DNA from: Azolla caroliniana
Taxonomy: Eukaryota; Plantae; Polypodiophyta
Assembly (NCBI GenBank): GCA_043228905.1
Contig: JBHGNT010000012.1
Location: 11,594,001 to 11,658,000 of the forward strand
Direction of reading: 5' to 3'
DNA: 64,000 nt
A model generated the notes under the pieces. It saw only the letters and a list, made by a program, of their open reading frames with translations. It made no database searches and was not told the DNA's origin. Position numbers and translations under genes: made by a program. Below, piece after piece: positions 33,397 through 46,052 of this stretch (the stretch's first letter is position 1; each line of letters starts with the position of its first letter).

Positions 33397-34677
33397 TGTC
33401 GAGAAATCGTTGCGGAATTTAAATCACAATGAACACACAATGCTGAAATACGAATCACAGAAAGACAAGATAGACAACTATGCCCAGAGATTTACGTGGA
33501 AACCCTAAAACAGGGAAAACCACAAGAACAAAACTTCACTATAGATAGTGGATATACAATATAGAGAGAATTACAACACTCTTGCGAGTGGATCAGCCGC
33601 ACAGGGCTCTTCGCATCTGTTGTTGCTCACACAGCTATGGCGCGACTCATGCTTCTCTCTCTCACTCTCTGCACACACAGTTATGTTTTCTTCTATTCTC
33701 CACTTCTCAAAGTTTTCCCTAGTTGCATATATACTTACATAACTTTCTGGCTATTTACATATCTAGCCCTCATGGGAGCGCACATTGAGACTATTTACAA
33801 GTATAGTCTCCCAAGTTGGCTATATACACGATTCTGGTTTCGGTAGAGGCCTATCGGCCTCGAACGAGTCCCTCATCAACTCGGCTCCTCTCTCTTCCCA
33901 TTTGGAGTGACCTGTTACCTAACATCATCATTATTATTACCATAATAATAATAACAGTCGAATCACTGTATTCGACCCTTCGACAGTTGGCTTTCCGAAC
34001 AGTTAGCTCATCCTCCCACTAGAGGGACATATTCCCAACAAACTCCCCCTTCACTCCTATGGGAGGAAATCTGTCAGTCATGTATTCTGTCGATAGACTC
34101 TAAGTCTGTCCATAGGTAGGTTCTTTGTCAACATGTCAGATCCATTGTCGTCAGTATGGATCTTCACAAGAGCAAACTCTCCATCTTTGACTCTCCCGTA
34201 ACCAGTGATACCTTCTCTTTATGTGCTTGGTCCGGGAGTGGTATGTCGCGTTCTTGGCTAGGTGTATGGCGCTTTGGCTGTCACAATGAAGCAAGAACTC
34301 CTTTTGCTTCATGCCTAGTTTAGTGAGAAAATTTCTCATCCAAATCAACTCTTTTCCGGCTTCTACCGTTACCATATACTTTGCCTCTGTAGTCGACAAA
34401 GCTAGAGACTTCTGCAGTCGTGACTGCCACGACATTGCTCCCCCTGCATAGGTTTCGGCCGAGTTGGCTATATACACGATTCTGGATTCGGCCTCATCAA
34501 CTCGGCTCCTCTCTCTTCCCATCCTGAGTGACCTGTTTCCTAACATCATCATCATTATTACCATAATAATAATAACAATCGAATTCTCAAACAGTCGAAT
34601 CACTGTTTTCGACCCTTCGACAGTCAGCTTTCCAAACAGTCGGCTCATCCTCCCACTGGAGGGACATATTCCCAACA
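33397..34677 (-). mobile_element. Internally deleted Ty1/copia 'B' nested in Copia A
   Basis: Full 3' LTR 33397-34040; PPT 34041-34050; RNase H tail to about 34452 fused to the first ~225 bp of the 5' LTR; TSD TATCG/AATCG. Confidence 0.85.
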
Positions 34678-35276
34678 AATCGACCTACGACACAAACCGT
34701 TCGGCCATATCAATTACCGGAATCTTCAGGAGATGCAATCGAAATATGTGGTTTTCGGACTACCAAGGTTTAGTGGCCAGAAGGGCTAGATTTGTAAAGC
34801 TTGCCAGCTCAGGAAGCAACATAGGCTTCTATTCCCCAATGAAAAGAATCGGAGCCAGAACCGAGTCGATCTTATCGACTCGGATGTGTGGGGACCAACA
34901 CAGAATGTGAGCATCGGAGGAAGTTGTTACTTTGTAACCTTCATCGATAACTACACTCGGCACACTTGGGCGTGCTTGATCATGAAGAAGAGTGAAGTAT
35001 TCTCCTGTTTCCTGAAGGTGAAGAGCAAGGTTGTTAGGTACGGTACGGATACCATACGTATATAACATATTAATACGCGTATAGTACCTCCCAATTTAAA
35101 AATACGTTAAATACATTTTCTTAATATGTTAAATACTTATAAAATACGTATTTTACGTATAGTACGTTAAATACTTCTAGAATTTGAAAATTATTTACCT
35201 TTCTAAAAAATATCTATAATATTGTAAAAAACATCTATGTTTACACAATTTTGTGATGTAGAGAATAATTCTAAAT

Positions 35277-35942
35277 TGTTGAGAATCAAGCTCAACTTGG
35301 TCTAGTGTGTGAACTCACCTTGAGAGTGAATAGACACTCCAACGGTCAAGAGTCACCATTATGTCACCTCTTTGTATTCTAGCATTTAGTATGAGTCATA
35401 GAATCATATTCTATGACACATAACTTATGAGCTTTCACATTCCCCATGCTCCATGAGTCTTGTAGTTAATGAAGAGAGAAGGTAACTATATAAAGCACCC
35501 TCCTCCCACCTTGTATTGAGTTGTGTCTTTCTCCTTTGTTAATATACTTAACCTTGCGTATACTCTGTCACTCTCTGTCACTCTCTCTCTCATACACACA
35601 CACACACACACACATTTCACACCTATTCTACTTCACAAGAATCGCCATTGATTCTTTACATGATGTGCCGACTTTTGCGCTTAGCTACCCCGTTTTGTTG
35701 TGGAGTGTGTCCGCAAGTGAATTCTCGCCGAATTCCTTCCTTTCGGAGATACGCCGTGTGTTGTAGGTTTTAGGGCTAGGGTTAAGGACGATGATAATCA
35801 TGATAAAGATAGACATGGTGGTTATGATGATGATGGAGAGTATGGGATTGATGGCGAGAGAGATCATGTGCATTGAGAAGCATTGCGGGGTGGGGGGTGG
35901 TGCCTAGAATGGATCCACCCCCCTCCCAAGGGGGTTCAACGT

Positions 35943-35984
<42 letters not shown>

Positions 35985-38900
35985 AAAGAGAGATAGAGAG
36001 AAATAGTTCATTCATGTTTCATTCATTCCCCATAAGGGGGTTAAATAGTACAAGAGGGGGTAGATACAAAGGGGTGTAAGCCCCCAAGAGCATTCATACT
36101 GGACACTCACTCATACCTCCTCGTATCCATCCACATGCACACACGTGTGCATGTGTTCACATATGTATCGACTCACAATTACATTTATGCCCCCTACACA
36201 TACACAACATTATGATAACATTCGACCCTCGCTCATCACACTTGACTCTCCGTACATCTCGTACGAGGTAACACCGTGAAGTCGTCTGAGAAGTACTCCT
36301 TGCCGCCATCCGATCGAAGACAACGTACATGTCGGCCCGTGGCTTTCTCGACTTCATTCTTGAAAGTTTGGAAGTGTCCGAACACTTCGCTCATTTGCCA
36401 CATCGGGTAGATCCAAGTGTGCCTGGAGAAGTTGTCAATGAAGAGCACGTAATATCGGCATCCGCCGAATGTAGCCGTCTGCACCGGTCCCCATATGTCA
36501 TAATGGACTATGTCGAGTAGACCTTTGCTCATGTTCCGCTCTTTCGAGAATGGGTGTTGGTGTTGCTTGCCGAATTGGCACGCTTCGCATACACCTTCAA
36601 TCTCCTTCTCTTTGAATGTTGGGAGTCCGATGACAACTCCTTTCGATTTCATTGCTTTGAGCTTTTGGAGATTTATATGGCCAATCCGCTTGTGCCATAA
36701 CTCTATGTCGGAATACGAAGACGATTGCTTCAACGACGATGAGTCGACTCACTCACTTGACAGTGAGTTCGGCAGTTTCGAGGTACCAATCGGAGCTAAG
36801 AAAGCCCTCATCTCTGCAAATGAAAAGCTCCGCCAATCCACCCGTGAAAAGAACATTGTAAGCCGATTCAACTACAACGATTATATGGCGTACCATTACG
36901 CCTTTATGATGAACGTAGCGACAGTACGGGAGCCGGAAACCTTTTCGGAATCAGTGAAGGACCCGCGATGGATCGAAGCAATGAACGAGGAGATGCAGGC
37001 ACTACGGAAGAATGAGATGTGGGATCTCGTTCCCACCTCACCACACAAAAAGGCGATCGGATGCAAATGGATCTACAAGGTGAAGTATAACGCTGATGGC
37101 TTTGTAAACCGCTACAAAGCTCGACTTGTAGTGAAAGGATACGCTTAGACGCATGGCAAAGATGATGACGATGCGGACGGTAATTGCGATTGCCACGGCG
37201 AAAGGGTGGCACCTCCATCAAATGGATGTCAAGAACGCCTTTTTAAAAGGAGAATTAGAAGAGGAGGTGTACATGATCCAACCACCTGGCTTCAACTCAA
37301 GCACCCATCCGAAAGTTGTTTGCCGACTCAAGAAACCACTCTACAGCCTCAAGCAAGCACCGCGTGCTTGGCATTCGAAGATAACGCAATATCTTCATCA
37401 AATCGGCTTCCGTATGTCAAAATCGGACAACTCCCTCTACATACGAAGCAATTCCGCAAGTCCGATTGTCATCATCTTATATGTGGATGACCTAGTCATT
37501 GAAGGTGAGCATCTCGTCGAAATCAATAAAGTCAAATCCCTCCTTTCCGACAAGTTTGAGATGACGGACATGAAGGAGCTCCACTACTTCCTCGGCATCG
37601 AGGTAATTCGGACTCCGGCCAGAATCATGATTTCTCAACGGCACTACATCCTCAACTTGTTATACAAGTTCGGTATGGCTCAGTGCAAATCCGTGGCAAC
37701 CCCGCTTGATTGTAATCTCAAACTAGATGCGAACTCCGGCACCAAAGCGTGTGAGCCGACTCAGTATCGACAACTCATCTGGAGTCTCATCTACCTCATG
37801 ATCACTCGACCCGATCTCAATTATTGTGTCGGTCTCCTTAGCCAATTCATGCAAACACCGCGTGATACTCACTTGGATTGCACTAAGCGAGTTCTACGAT
37901 ACGTGAGCAGCACAATGGATTGCGGCATCCTCTACAAGACCGCGATGCCAATATGACTTGAGGGGTACACAAACGCCGATTGGGCCGGCTACAAAGCCGA
38001 TAGAAGATCAACCTCCAGATTTGTTTTCTCCCTCGGCAGCGAAGCAATATCCTAGAGTAGCAAGAAGCAACCTATCGTCGCTCTTTCGAGTACGGAGGTG
38101 GAATACAGGGGCGCAGCCATAGCTGCGTGTGAAGCCGTATGGCTTAAGAGGATTTTAAAGGATCTAGGCGTACCCATCAAGGATCTGACTTCCCTTTACT
38201 ACGACAACATGAGTAGTATCTATCTGGCTCGGAACCCGATGTTCCACATGCGGACAAAGCACATCGAAGTGCACTATCACTTCATCCGAGAGCGCGTTCT
38301 AGCTGGCGATGTCGACCTACAACACATTAGCACAAATCTTCAAACGGCCAACATCTTCACTAAAGCCTTAGGAGCCGACAAGCTGTGGCAATTCATGACC
38401 GATCTCGGATTGACGATCCCTGACCTGCCAAGCTTGAGGGGGAGTACTGAAGACATTAGGCAATAATGCGTGGATTACGCAACCGCGCAATAAAGCCGCG
38501 AAGAAAGACACAAGCCGAAGCACAGACTTCGCAACTACGCACAACGCAAGCTGGAGCACAGATTCCGCAACTCCGCATAAATGCGAGTCGATGCGGACTC
38601 CGGAACGCGAGTCGAAGCGGATTTCAGATACCGTCTGAAACCGAGTCGGCTTGAGCTTGAGGGGACGTGTTGAAAATCAAGCTCAACTTGGTCTAGTGTG
38701 TGAACTCACCTTGAGAGTGAATAGACACTCCAACGGTCAAGAGTCACCATTATGTCACCTCTTTGTATTCTAGCATTTAGTATGAGTCATAGAATCATAT
38801 TCTATGACACATAACTTATGAGCTTTCACTTTCCCCATGCTCCATGAGTCTTGTACTTAATGAAGAGAGAGGGTAACTATATAAAGCACCCTCCTCCCAC

Positions 38901-38989
38901 CTTGTATTGAGTTGTGTCTTTCTCCTTTGTTAATATAATTAACCTTGCGTATACTCTCTCTCTCTCTCTCGCTCTCTCTCTCTCTATCT

Positions 38990-39056
<67 letters not shown>

Positions 39057-39099
39057 CACACCTATTCTGCTTCACAAGAATCGCCATTGATTCTTTACA
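35277..39099 (+). mobile_element. Rearranged Ty1/copia 'C' nested in the hAT element
   Basis: LTRs 35277-35660 and 38668-39099; TSD TAAAT/TACAT; RT-RNase H on plus 36710-38466; PPT 38659-38667; gag missing; integrase fragment inverted at 36274-36710. Confidence 0.88.
35664..36273 (-). repeat. Unrelated LTR-like segment inside Copia C
   Basis: TGT...ACA ends, (GA)n tract, minus-strand TATTTAA; no matching TSD. Confidence 0.5.
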
Positions 39100-40917
39100 T
39101 ACATCCTAAAATGCATATAAGACATTTGAACATTTCACATCCTAAAATACTTGTAGTAATATGGATTTTGACATTCCCTTATTCTATAAATGAGTGTAAG
39201 TGTGTATCACAATGCTCTACCTCAAATTGTAATTATTTACAATTATGCCTTCATAGATTGAGGAATCGTCTACGATTATCACACTCATGATAGGTTTCTC
39301 TTTTCTTCATTTTCTTCTTCTTCTTTTTCTATCTTCTGCGATTATCACACTCGGAATCAGGACGGGTTTATGTCTTCTTTTCTCTCTACTTCTTCTTCTT
39401 CATCGTCGTTTCTTCTATTCTTCTTTCTTCCTTTGTTTGGCTTCTTTTTCACTAAAATCTTTTTTTTCTTTTGCTTTTTGTTGGGGTTTTACTTACATTT
39501 TCTTTATAATTACGTATTATACTTGTTTTTTTATAAATACATTAAATACCATATTGTGATATTTAACCAAACAACATTGAGGTATAGTACGTACTATACA
39601 AATGATGAGGTATTATACATATTTAAACGTTAAATACGGGTATGTAAACAACCATGGTGAAGAGCCTTGCCGAACGGGAAACCGGAAGAAAAATCAAGTG
39701 CCTATGGTCCGATGGTGGAAAGGAGTACTTTTCCGATGTGCATGTGCCGAAGGAGAAACGGAGGAAGCTGGATGCGAAAGCCGAGAAGTGCATTCTCATT
39801 GGCTATTTGGATGAGCAAAAGGGTTATAAGTGTTATAACCCCCGAATGAAAGAAGTTCGAGTAAGCTGAGATGTCATTTTCAACAAATCAGCGTCATGGT
39901 ACTTGCCCTCATCTCCAACCCCTGACAACTCCAGTCCGATCTAAGAGGATGACGTCAATGAGGTTGAAATACCTCAGGACGAAGAAGGAATCGGAGCTCA
40001 AGAAGAGAGTTTGATCTCATTCCAGTTAAGTGGGCCGAATGAGCGATTGAGTCAAAACGACCAGTCGAATGATGTGTCGGTGAGTAGTAGAGACTTGGTC
40101 GTGTTGTCCCCGCGCAAGGAACTGAGGAGATGGTGTTCACGCACAAAGAGAAGGGGAAGAAGAAGATGCCAAAATACAACACGGACAAGGACGAGTTAGC
40201 TCGGTGCAAATCCGACTCTGGAAACAAGAAGATGGGCCTTCGGAGAGACGGTCGGATTCGGCCAAGAGGGCCATCAAATCGGTAGAGCGGAAATTGTGAT
40301 GATCTACCCGCCAGAAGTACCCTATAGTTTAGTATGGGTACAACGAGTACATGGTGCATCATTATGCGTACATGACTAAAGTGGCGGAAGTGCATGAGCG
40401 AGAGAGCTACGTTGATGCGACGAAGGACGCAAATTGGCATGCCGCGTTGGAGGAAGAGATGCACGCTCTCACGGAGAACGAGACATGGGACCTGGTTGAC
40501 GTTCCGAAGGGAGTGAAGCCGATCGGATGCAGGTGGGTGTACAAGGTCAAGTACAATACCGATGGCTTTGTCAACCGTTACAAGGCCCAATTAGTGGCAA
40601 AAGGCTATGCGTAGTAACATGACATCGACTACGATGAGACCTTTGCGCTAGTCGTGAAGATGACGACCGTCTATGTCCTGCTCGCGGTAGCAAAGGGGGT
40701 AACATTTACATCAAATGGATGTAAGGAATACATTCCTACAAGGTGAGCTTCAGGAACAGGTGTACATGGTACAACCCCCGTATTTCAATTTGGATTGAAC
40801 ACGTTGATTGTCTACCGACTGAAAAATTCTCTTTACGGACTAAAGCAAGCCCCGCATGCCTAGAACGCGAGGATCACACAGTGACTATGTCAAATGGGGT
40901 TTGCCATGTTGTCGCGT

Positions 40918-42990
40918 TGTTACGCGCGTGCGTGTAAAAGGGGCGAGACCATGGGGGTCTCAGACTACGGAGTAGAGGAGAAAGAATAAGATATGATTTG
41001 GAAGCTTAGCTCAAGAGGAGAAGAGGAAAGAATAAGACCATGACATAGAAGGAGAGATCGGCCGAGGCAAGATGCTCAACAAGTTATATTAAAACAAACG
41101 AATGATTACAACAATGGTGGCCGCATGGGCCGCACCAAACAACTATGAGAAAACCCTAACCGAAGATGAATAAGGAAACCCTAAACAAAACCCTAATCCT
41201 AAAACGATAAGAACTCTAGACTAAGTGGTATACCTCCCATACACAAAATAGGCAACCCTTCAAATCGGACCCCTCACTCCCTTTTATAGTGGTAAGGGGT
41301 GAGGCACAATACAATAGGAGTGGTCAATTCCCCTTTCATTCAAAGGAGAATATTTGCCCCGATCTCGAGATTGATGGGCCTTAACTCTCTCTCCTCTAGC
41401 CGTCCTACTCAATGCCCATCACTCTAACACTCATTCTCTATGTACCTCCCTCTAGTCCACAAAGTGCACATCACAATTACACTTAACAACTTTGTAGAGC
41501 ACCTTAACTCCTTACACTTTACATTTTCTTATTTGTCCCTATGTTACAATTTCCCTAAATGCATGTGCAATGTTGCACATCTCCGTTTTCTCTATCCCGC
41601 TTGGTTTTCTCACCATGGAAGAAAAACATCACGACATTCGCCCCCACCAAACCGCACATCCACCGGTATGTGCCAAGAAAGGAGAAGAGGTGAGATTTTC
41701 GGCCATGGCGATAAAGTCGAGGCCCGTCGCATCCTCGTTGGCCTTGCTCACCTTTGTCTTCCATTTCGAGCATGCCCGTCCCTTCCACACGAACCACCAT
41801 AGCCTCCCGATCCGCCGTATCCGTCGTACGCCCCCGAACCATCGGCTCCATCCAATTCACCATGTCCGTCGCGTGTACCCGAAACACCGACTCCATCCGA
41901 TCTGCCATGTCCGCCGCATGCGCCTTCTTCTTCGACCGGCCCTCCCGAACGTTGTTGCCGACCCGGTTGCTCTTCCTTTGTCTGCCTCGTATGTCCTTTG
42001 GATGCGCTCCCGATCTCTCTGATTGCACTCCGGATTCCACCCTTTGCGTGCCGCATATGTTCCTCCTTTGGTTTTATTGTCTCCGCATGCCGAACACCTC
42101 GGCGTGTCGACTCTTCCCGCTCCACGCTTGCCTTCCGTAGGCTCTTCCCATGCGCCGATGTTGTCCCCCGAATATGCGCTCATTCTTTGGCCCTTAGGCG
42201 ACCCCATTCCGCGCTCCTTGCTTCTCCTTTGCTCGATGTGCTCTCTTGCCATAGAGCGTACCGTCATCCCGACCTCCATGTCGGTGTCCCTCGAGGCTCT
42301 TGTTACCGCCTCGCCTCGACTTGCGCCCTCTTGGCCCGCTTGGCCTTGCATGCCCTCCGGGAAGCCGCCGCGTTTTCTCTTCCCGGTGTGTACCCCGTTG
42401 TTCTCCGCACACCATCCTTCGCTCTCGCCGCCCATCCACCGATCCCGGCATCTCGCCGCTTCGTCTCTCGCCACGCTTTTGCCTCTCAAAGGCTTGGTCG
42501 GACCGCTTGCACTGGTCACTCGTTGTGGCTCTTCCGAATACATGCTCGTTTCTTGGCCCTCGAGCGGCTGTAGAGCATGCTCCGTTTTACGCTGTAGTGC
42601 ATACTTCTTATTACGCGCCTCATCCGCCGTAGACCTGACCTCCGCGTCGGTCTCTTCGTCCTTTGTTGTCGTAGCCCCTTCTGACTCCGGCTTGCCGTCT
42701 TGGTCGTGCTCGTCCGTCTTCACGCACCGGGTACCCGTTCCGGTAGCCTCATCCGTTCCGGTCTCTGACTCCTCGCCGCCACCCGCCGTCTCTCCGGTCT
42801 TATGTTGATCCGCAACCATCGAAGTCTCTAGAATAGGCAGGGAGGGTCCCTCTTGCTCTTGGCCTCTCACCGATCCGTACTCGTCGTCCCCGGTTAGCCT
42901 CCTCGCTCTCACCGGCTCCCATCGTAACCGTAACCGGCCGGTAAGGAGTCGATCAAACAATCCCGGTCTTGCCGGCTTCTTTATCAATTG
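40918..42990 (-). mobile_element. Probable Gypsy-type LTR plus adjacent GC-rich internal region
   Basis: TGTTACG start truncates the Copia A RT; minus-strand TATAAAA near 41285; the following pyrimidine-rich region has domain-less ORFs. Confidence 0.4.
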
Positions 42991-43378
42991 TTAAGACGGT
43001 CATTGAGCCCTTCTAGGATTGGAAACTATGTGTGCATGTATATTTTATATGTAAGGGTATTTAAAATGGGTGGTTATCAAAAAATATATTGGTAGTAAGG
43101 GGTATTTTTATTAATTTTTTTTCTACAAAAGGGTCACTAAAATAGTACAAACCATACGTATAAGGGGTTTATAAATGATGTCATGAACGCATGTGATATA
43201 ATTGTCTTATATATAGTGGAATCCCAGGGTTATGCAGGTGTTTCTAGATGATTTTGTTGTGTACAGTTCGAGAAGCGACCATTTCAAACATCTTCGACTC
43301 TATTTCGAAAGAGGTTGGCAAGGTCAGTTAAGCTTAAATCCAGCAAAATGCGCATTTGGGGTGACAAGTGGAATGTTG

Positions 43379-44545
43379 TGTCGAGAAACGAACCATAGAT
43401 GGACGAACTAGACAAATCAAAGTGTACAAATAGAAAGCAGAAAACAGAAAAATACACAAGTGCACAATACTTTAACATGGAAACCCTAAAACGGTGAAAA
43501 CCACGGACAACAGAGAATCACTATATCAAATATATACAAGAAAAAGTAGGTTACCACACTCTCTATACTGAGTGTATCAGCCACACAGGGCTCTTAGCGT
43601 CTAAGCTCACACAACTATGGTGCCGCTCACACTCTCACTCTCTTTTCCTACTCTCACAATCTATTATTTTTCTTTTGCAGACCGCACTTATTACCTCTTC
43701 TGCACTACAAACACTTTACGTTTGCCCTAGGTGTATTTATACTCATACACAATATGGGCTATTTACAAATATAGTTGTTATTATGATTATTATCAATAAT
43801 AATAATCTCAGTTAAAACAACCGACAAATCAACTCCTATGTTGATTTTCCAGTCGGCCCGACTAGTCGACCTTGTCTTCGACTTGGATTTGTCAGTTCAC
43901 CACGTTGACTCTTTCTTGTCTTCAATTGTCGGCTCGTCCTTGAACCGACGAGTCAGCTCCTCTCATAGGAGGGACATATTCCTAACAAACTCCCCCTTCA
44001 CTCCTATGGGTGGAGTCGGCTAGTCCATTCCTCTATCGACAGGCTCTAAGTCTATCCATAGATAGGTTCTTGGTGAGCATGTCGGATCCATTGTCGTCAA
44101 TATGAATCTTCACAAGAGTAAAATCCCTTAATCTACTTTCTCCCGTAACCAGCGATAGCTCCTCTGTATATGCTTGGTTTGGGAGTGGTAAGCAACGTTC
44201 TTGGCTAGATGCATGGCACTCTTAGTATCACAATGAAGTAAGAATCCACTTTGCTTCATTCCCAACTCACTAAGAAAATTTCTTATCCATATAAGCTCTT
44301 TGCCGGTCTCTACCACAACCATATACTCTGCCTTTGTGGTTGACAATGCCACAGATTTCTACAGTCTCGATTGCCATGACATTGCCCCCCCTACATAGGC
44401 GATCACATAACCTGATGTGGATTGGTTTGAGTCTACATCCCCCGACATGTCCGAATCAGTGAAACCTTCAAGCATAGGTTTTCCGGCACCATACCTAAGG
44501 CACACCCCCGAGGTGCCTTTCAAGTACTTGAGTATCCACTTCATG
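43379..44545 (-). mobile_element. Ty1/copia 3' fragment (3' LTR 43379-43987, PPT, RNase H), family of Copia B
   Basis: TGTCGAGAAA...CCTAACA followed by AACTCCCCCT; GFTDSDMSGD and ALSTTKAEY motifs. Confidence 0.88.
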
Positions 44546-45186
44546 TTGGCATAAAAGGACAACTTCTTCCGCTTTGTATCCTAGTGTGAACACGTCTTGA
44601 AGCTAGGGCTTGAGTATATAAGCTCAACCCTAACATTGTCACAATCATCTTGTATCTTGAGTCTTGGAGAGAGTTACAGAATAATAGAGAACTTCCATTG
44701 AAGTTCAAACTGTGTCCATCGTCTTTCTTCCTCCTCTTCCTATTGCTACATATCTGTGTCATTTGCTGAGCATAGATCGACAGGTCCTTACAGACATACT
44801 TTCAAATATCAGACAACAACAACTATTATTAGAGTGACTTGTTGTTCAATAGCGACAAAAAGACATGTTGTTCGGCATGTTAGTCGAAGACGGGTACAAA
44901 ACAACTCCCAATCAGTCAACAGAGAAAATCTAAAAGTGGAGAATGGATACAAGTATAACAACTTATATCCATTAATAGAGATCAATCTAGAAGGGTCCGT
45001 GAATGTAGCCAAATTGACTTACCCGAACTTGTGACATATGTCGCAAGTCGGACTAGACCGGCTAACAACGGTCAGCTACATCCTAAAACTCTAGACAAAG
45101 ATGGACTTCTGCCAACATTGTTATAGTGGGAAATAATGAATCCCGAAGTCCGCACTCTCTCCACTATGAGATGGTACCCAATACTG

Positions 45187-45747
45187 TGTCATGAACACAT
45201 GACCATTATGGCGTCACCCGGACTTGAACCTCAAACCTTGTAATCCATAGTTGAAAAACTCAACCATTAAGATAGCTTATAGTCATAAAAAAAGATAAAA
45301 GCTACTTTATATATTACATTTATTATTGTTAAAACTCTAGATCATTCTAGAATGTTCTAGAATGTCCTAGAACATTCGAACATTCTAGAACATTATAGAT
45401 ATCTCTAAGCTATTCTATAGGAACCTATAAATAAGGGCATACATGTATCCTCAAATCAATTCGAATCAAACTACCAGAACAAAGTAAGCGATTGAATGAT
45501 TGAAGAAGGTATAAGAGAATAGTAGAAGAGAGGAGAATGGATTGATAAGAGAAGAGTGGGTTTATTCGAATAGAATGATTGCAAGGATGAATTGGATACA
45601 AGGTGGGCTTGGAGCTAAAGACTCACTCATTCTATTCTAATAAACCCACTCTTCTCTTATCAATCCATTCTCCTTTCTTCTTCTATTCTCTTATACCTTC
45701 TTCAATCGTTCAATCTCTTACTTTGTTTTGATAGTTTGATTCGAATT
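45187..45747 (+). mobile_element. Orphan Tcn1-like 5' LTR with self-priming site and long R-U5 hairpin
   Basis: TGTCA start; antisense A/B box 45220-45274; HSE array 45344-45395; TATAAATA 45426; ends TGATA|GTTTGATTCGAATT, compared with TGACA|GTTTGAACCGATTT in the intact element. Confidence 0.65.
45458..45747. repeat. 121-bp inverted repeat with 48-nt loop
   Basis: Arms 45458-45578 and 45627-45747, about 7 differences. Confidence 0.93.
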
Positions 45748-45921
45748 TTTCTCCTTTACCCTCGTTTGTTTTGATAGTTTGATAACAACAACAAACAAGA
45801 TCAAGATTTACGCCAACTTATCCATCAGTGACGACACAATCTCCAAGGCAACAATATAGCCCTGTCCCAACTCCATAGAAAGCACATAGCCCAACACCAA
45901 TGGAGATTAATATGACCCGGC

Positions 45922-46004
45922 TATTGGGGACAAGGCCGACAATGCGGAAGTGCAAGCAACATTCGCGATGAAGAAGAACCTGTGTATGCGCATAAGCAAG
46001 ATAG

Positions 46005-46052
<48 letters not shown>

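Larger units (their letters stand above)
35026..39656. mobile_element. Non-autonomous hAT-type DNA transposon (about 800 bp without its nested insert)
   Basis: Perfect 8-bp TSD GTGAAGAG (35018-35025 and 39657-39664); TIRs CAAGGTTGTT / CATGGTTGTT; subterminal ATACG/CGTAT repeats; removing it restores integrase FLKVKSLAERETGRKIKCL. Confidence 0.85.
31740..40910 (+). mobile_element. Degenerate Ty1/copia 'A' hosting nested insertions
   Basis: LTR ends at 32074 (homologous to the LTR at 53288 onward; left boundary approximate); PBS TGGTATCAAAG 32075-32085; gag/protease 32120-33396, integrase 34678-35025 and 39657-39900, RT start 40350-40900. Frames rejoin across the insertions. Confidence 0.85.
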
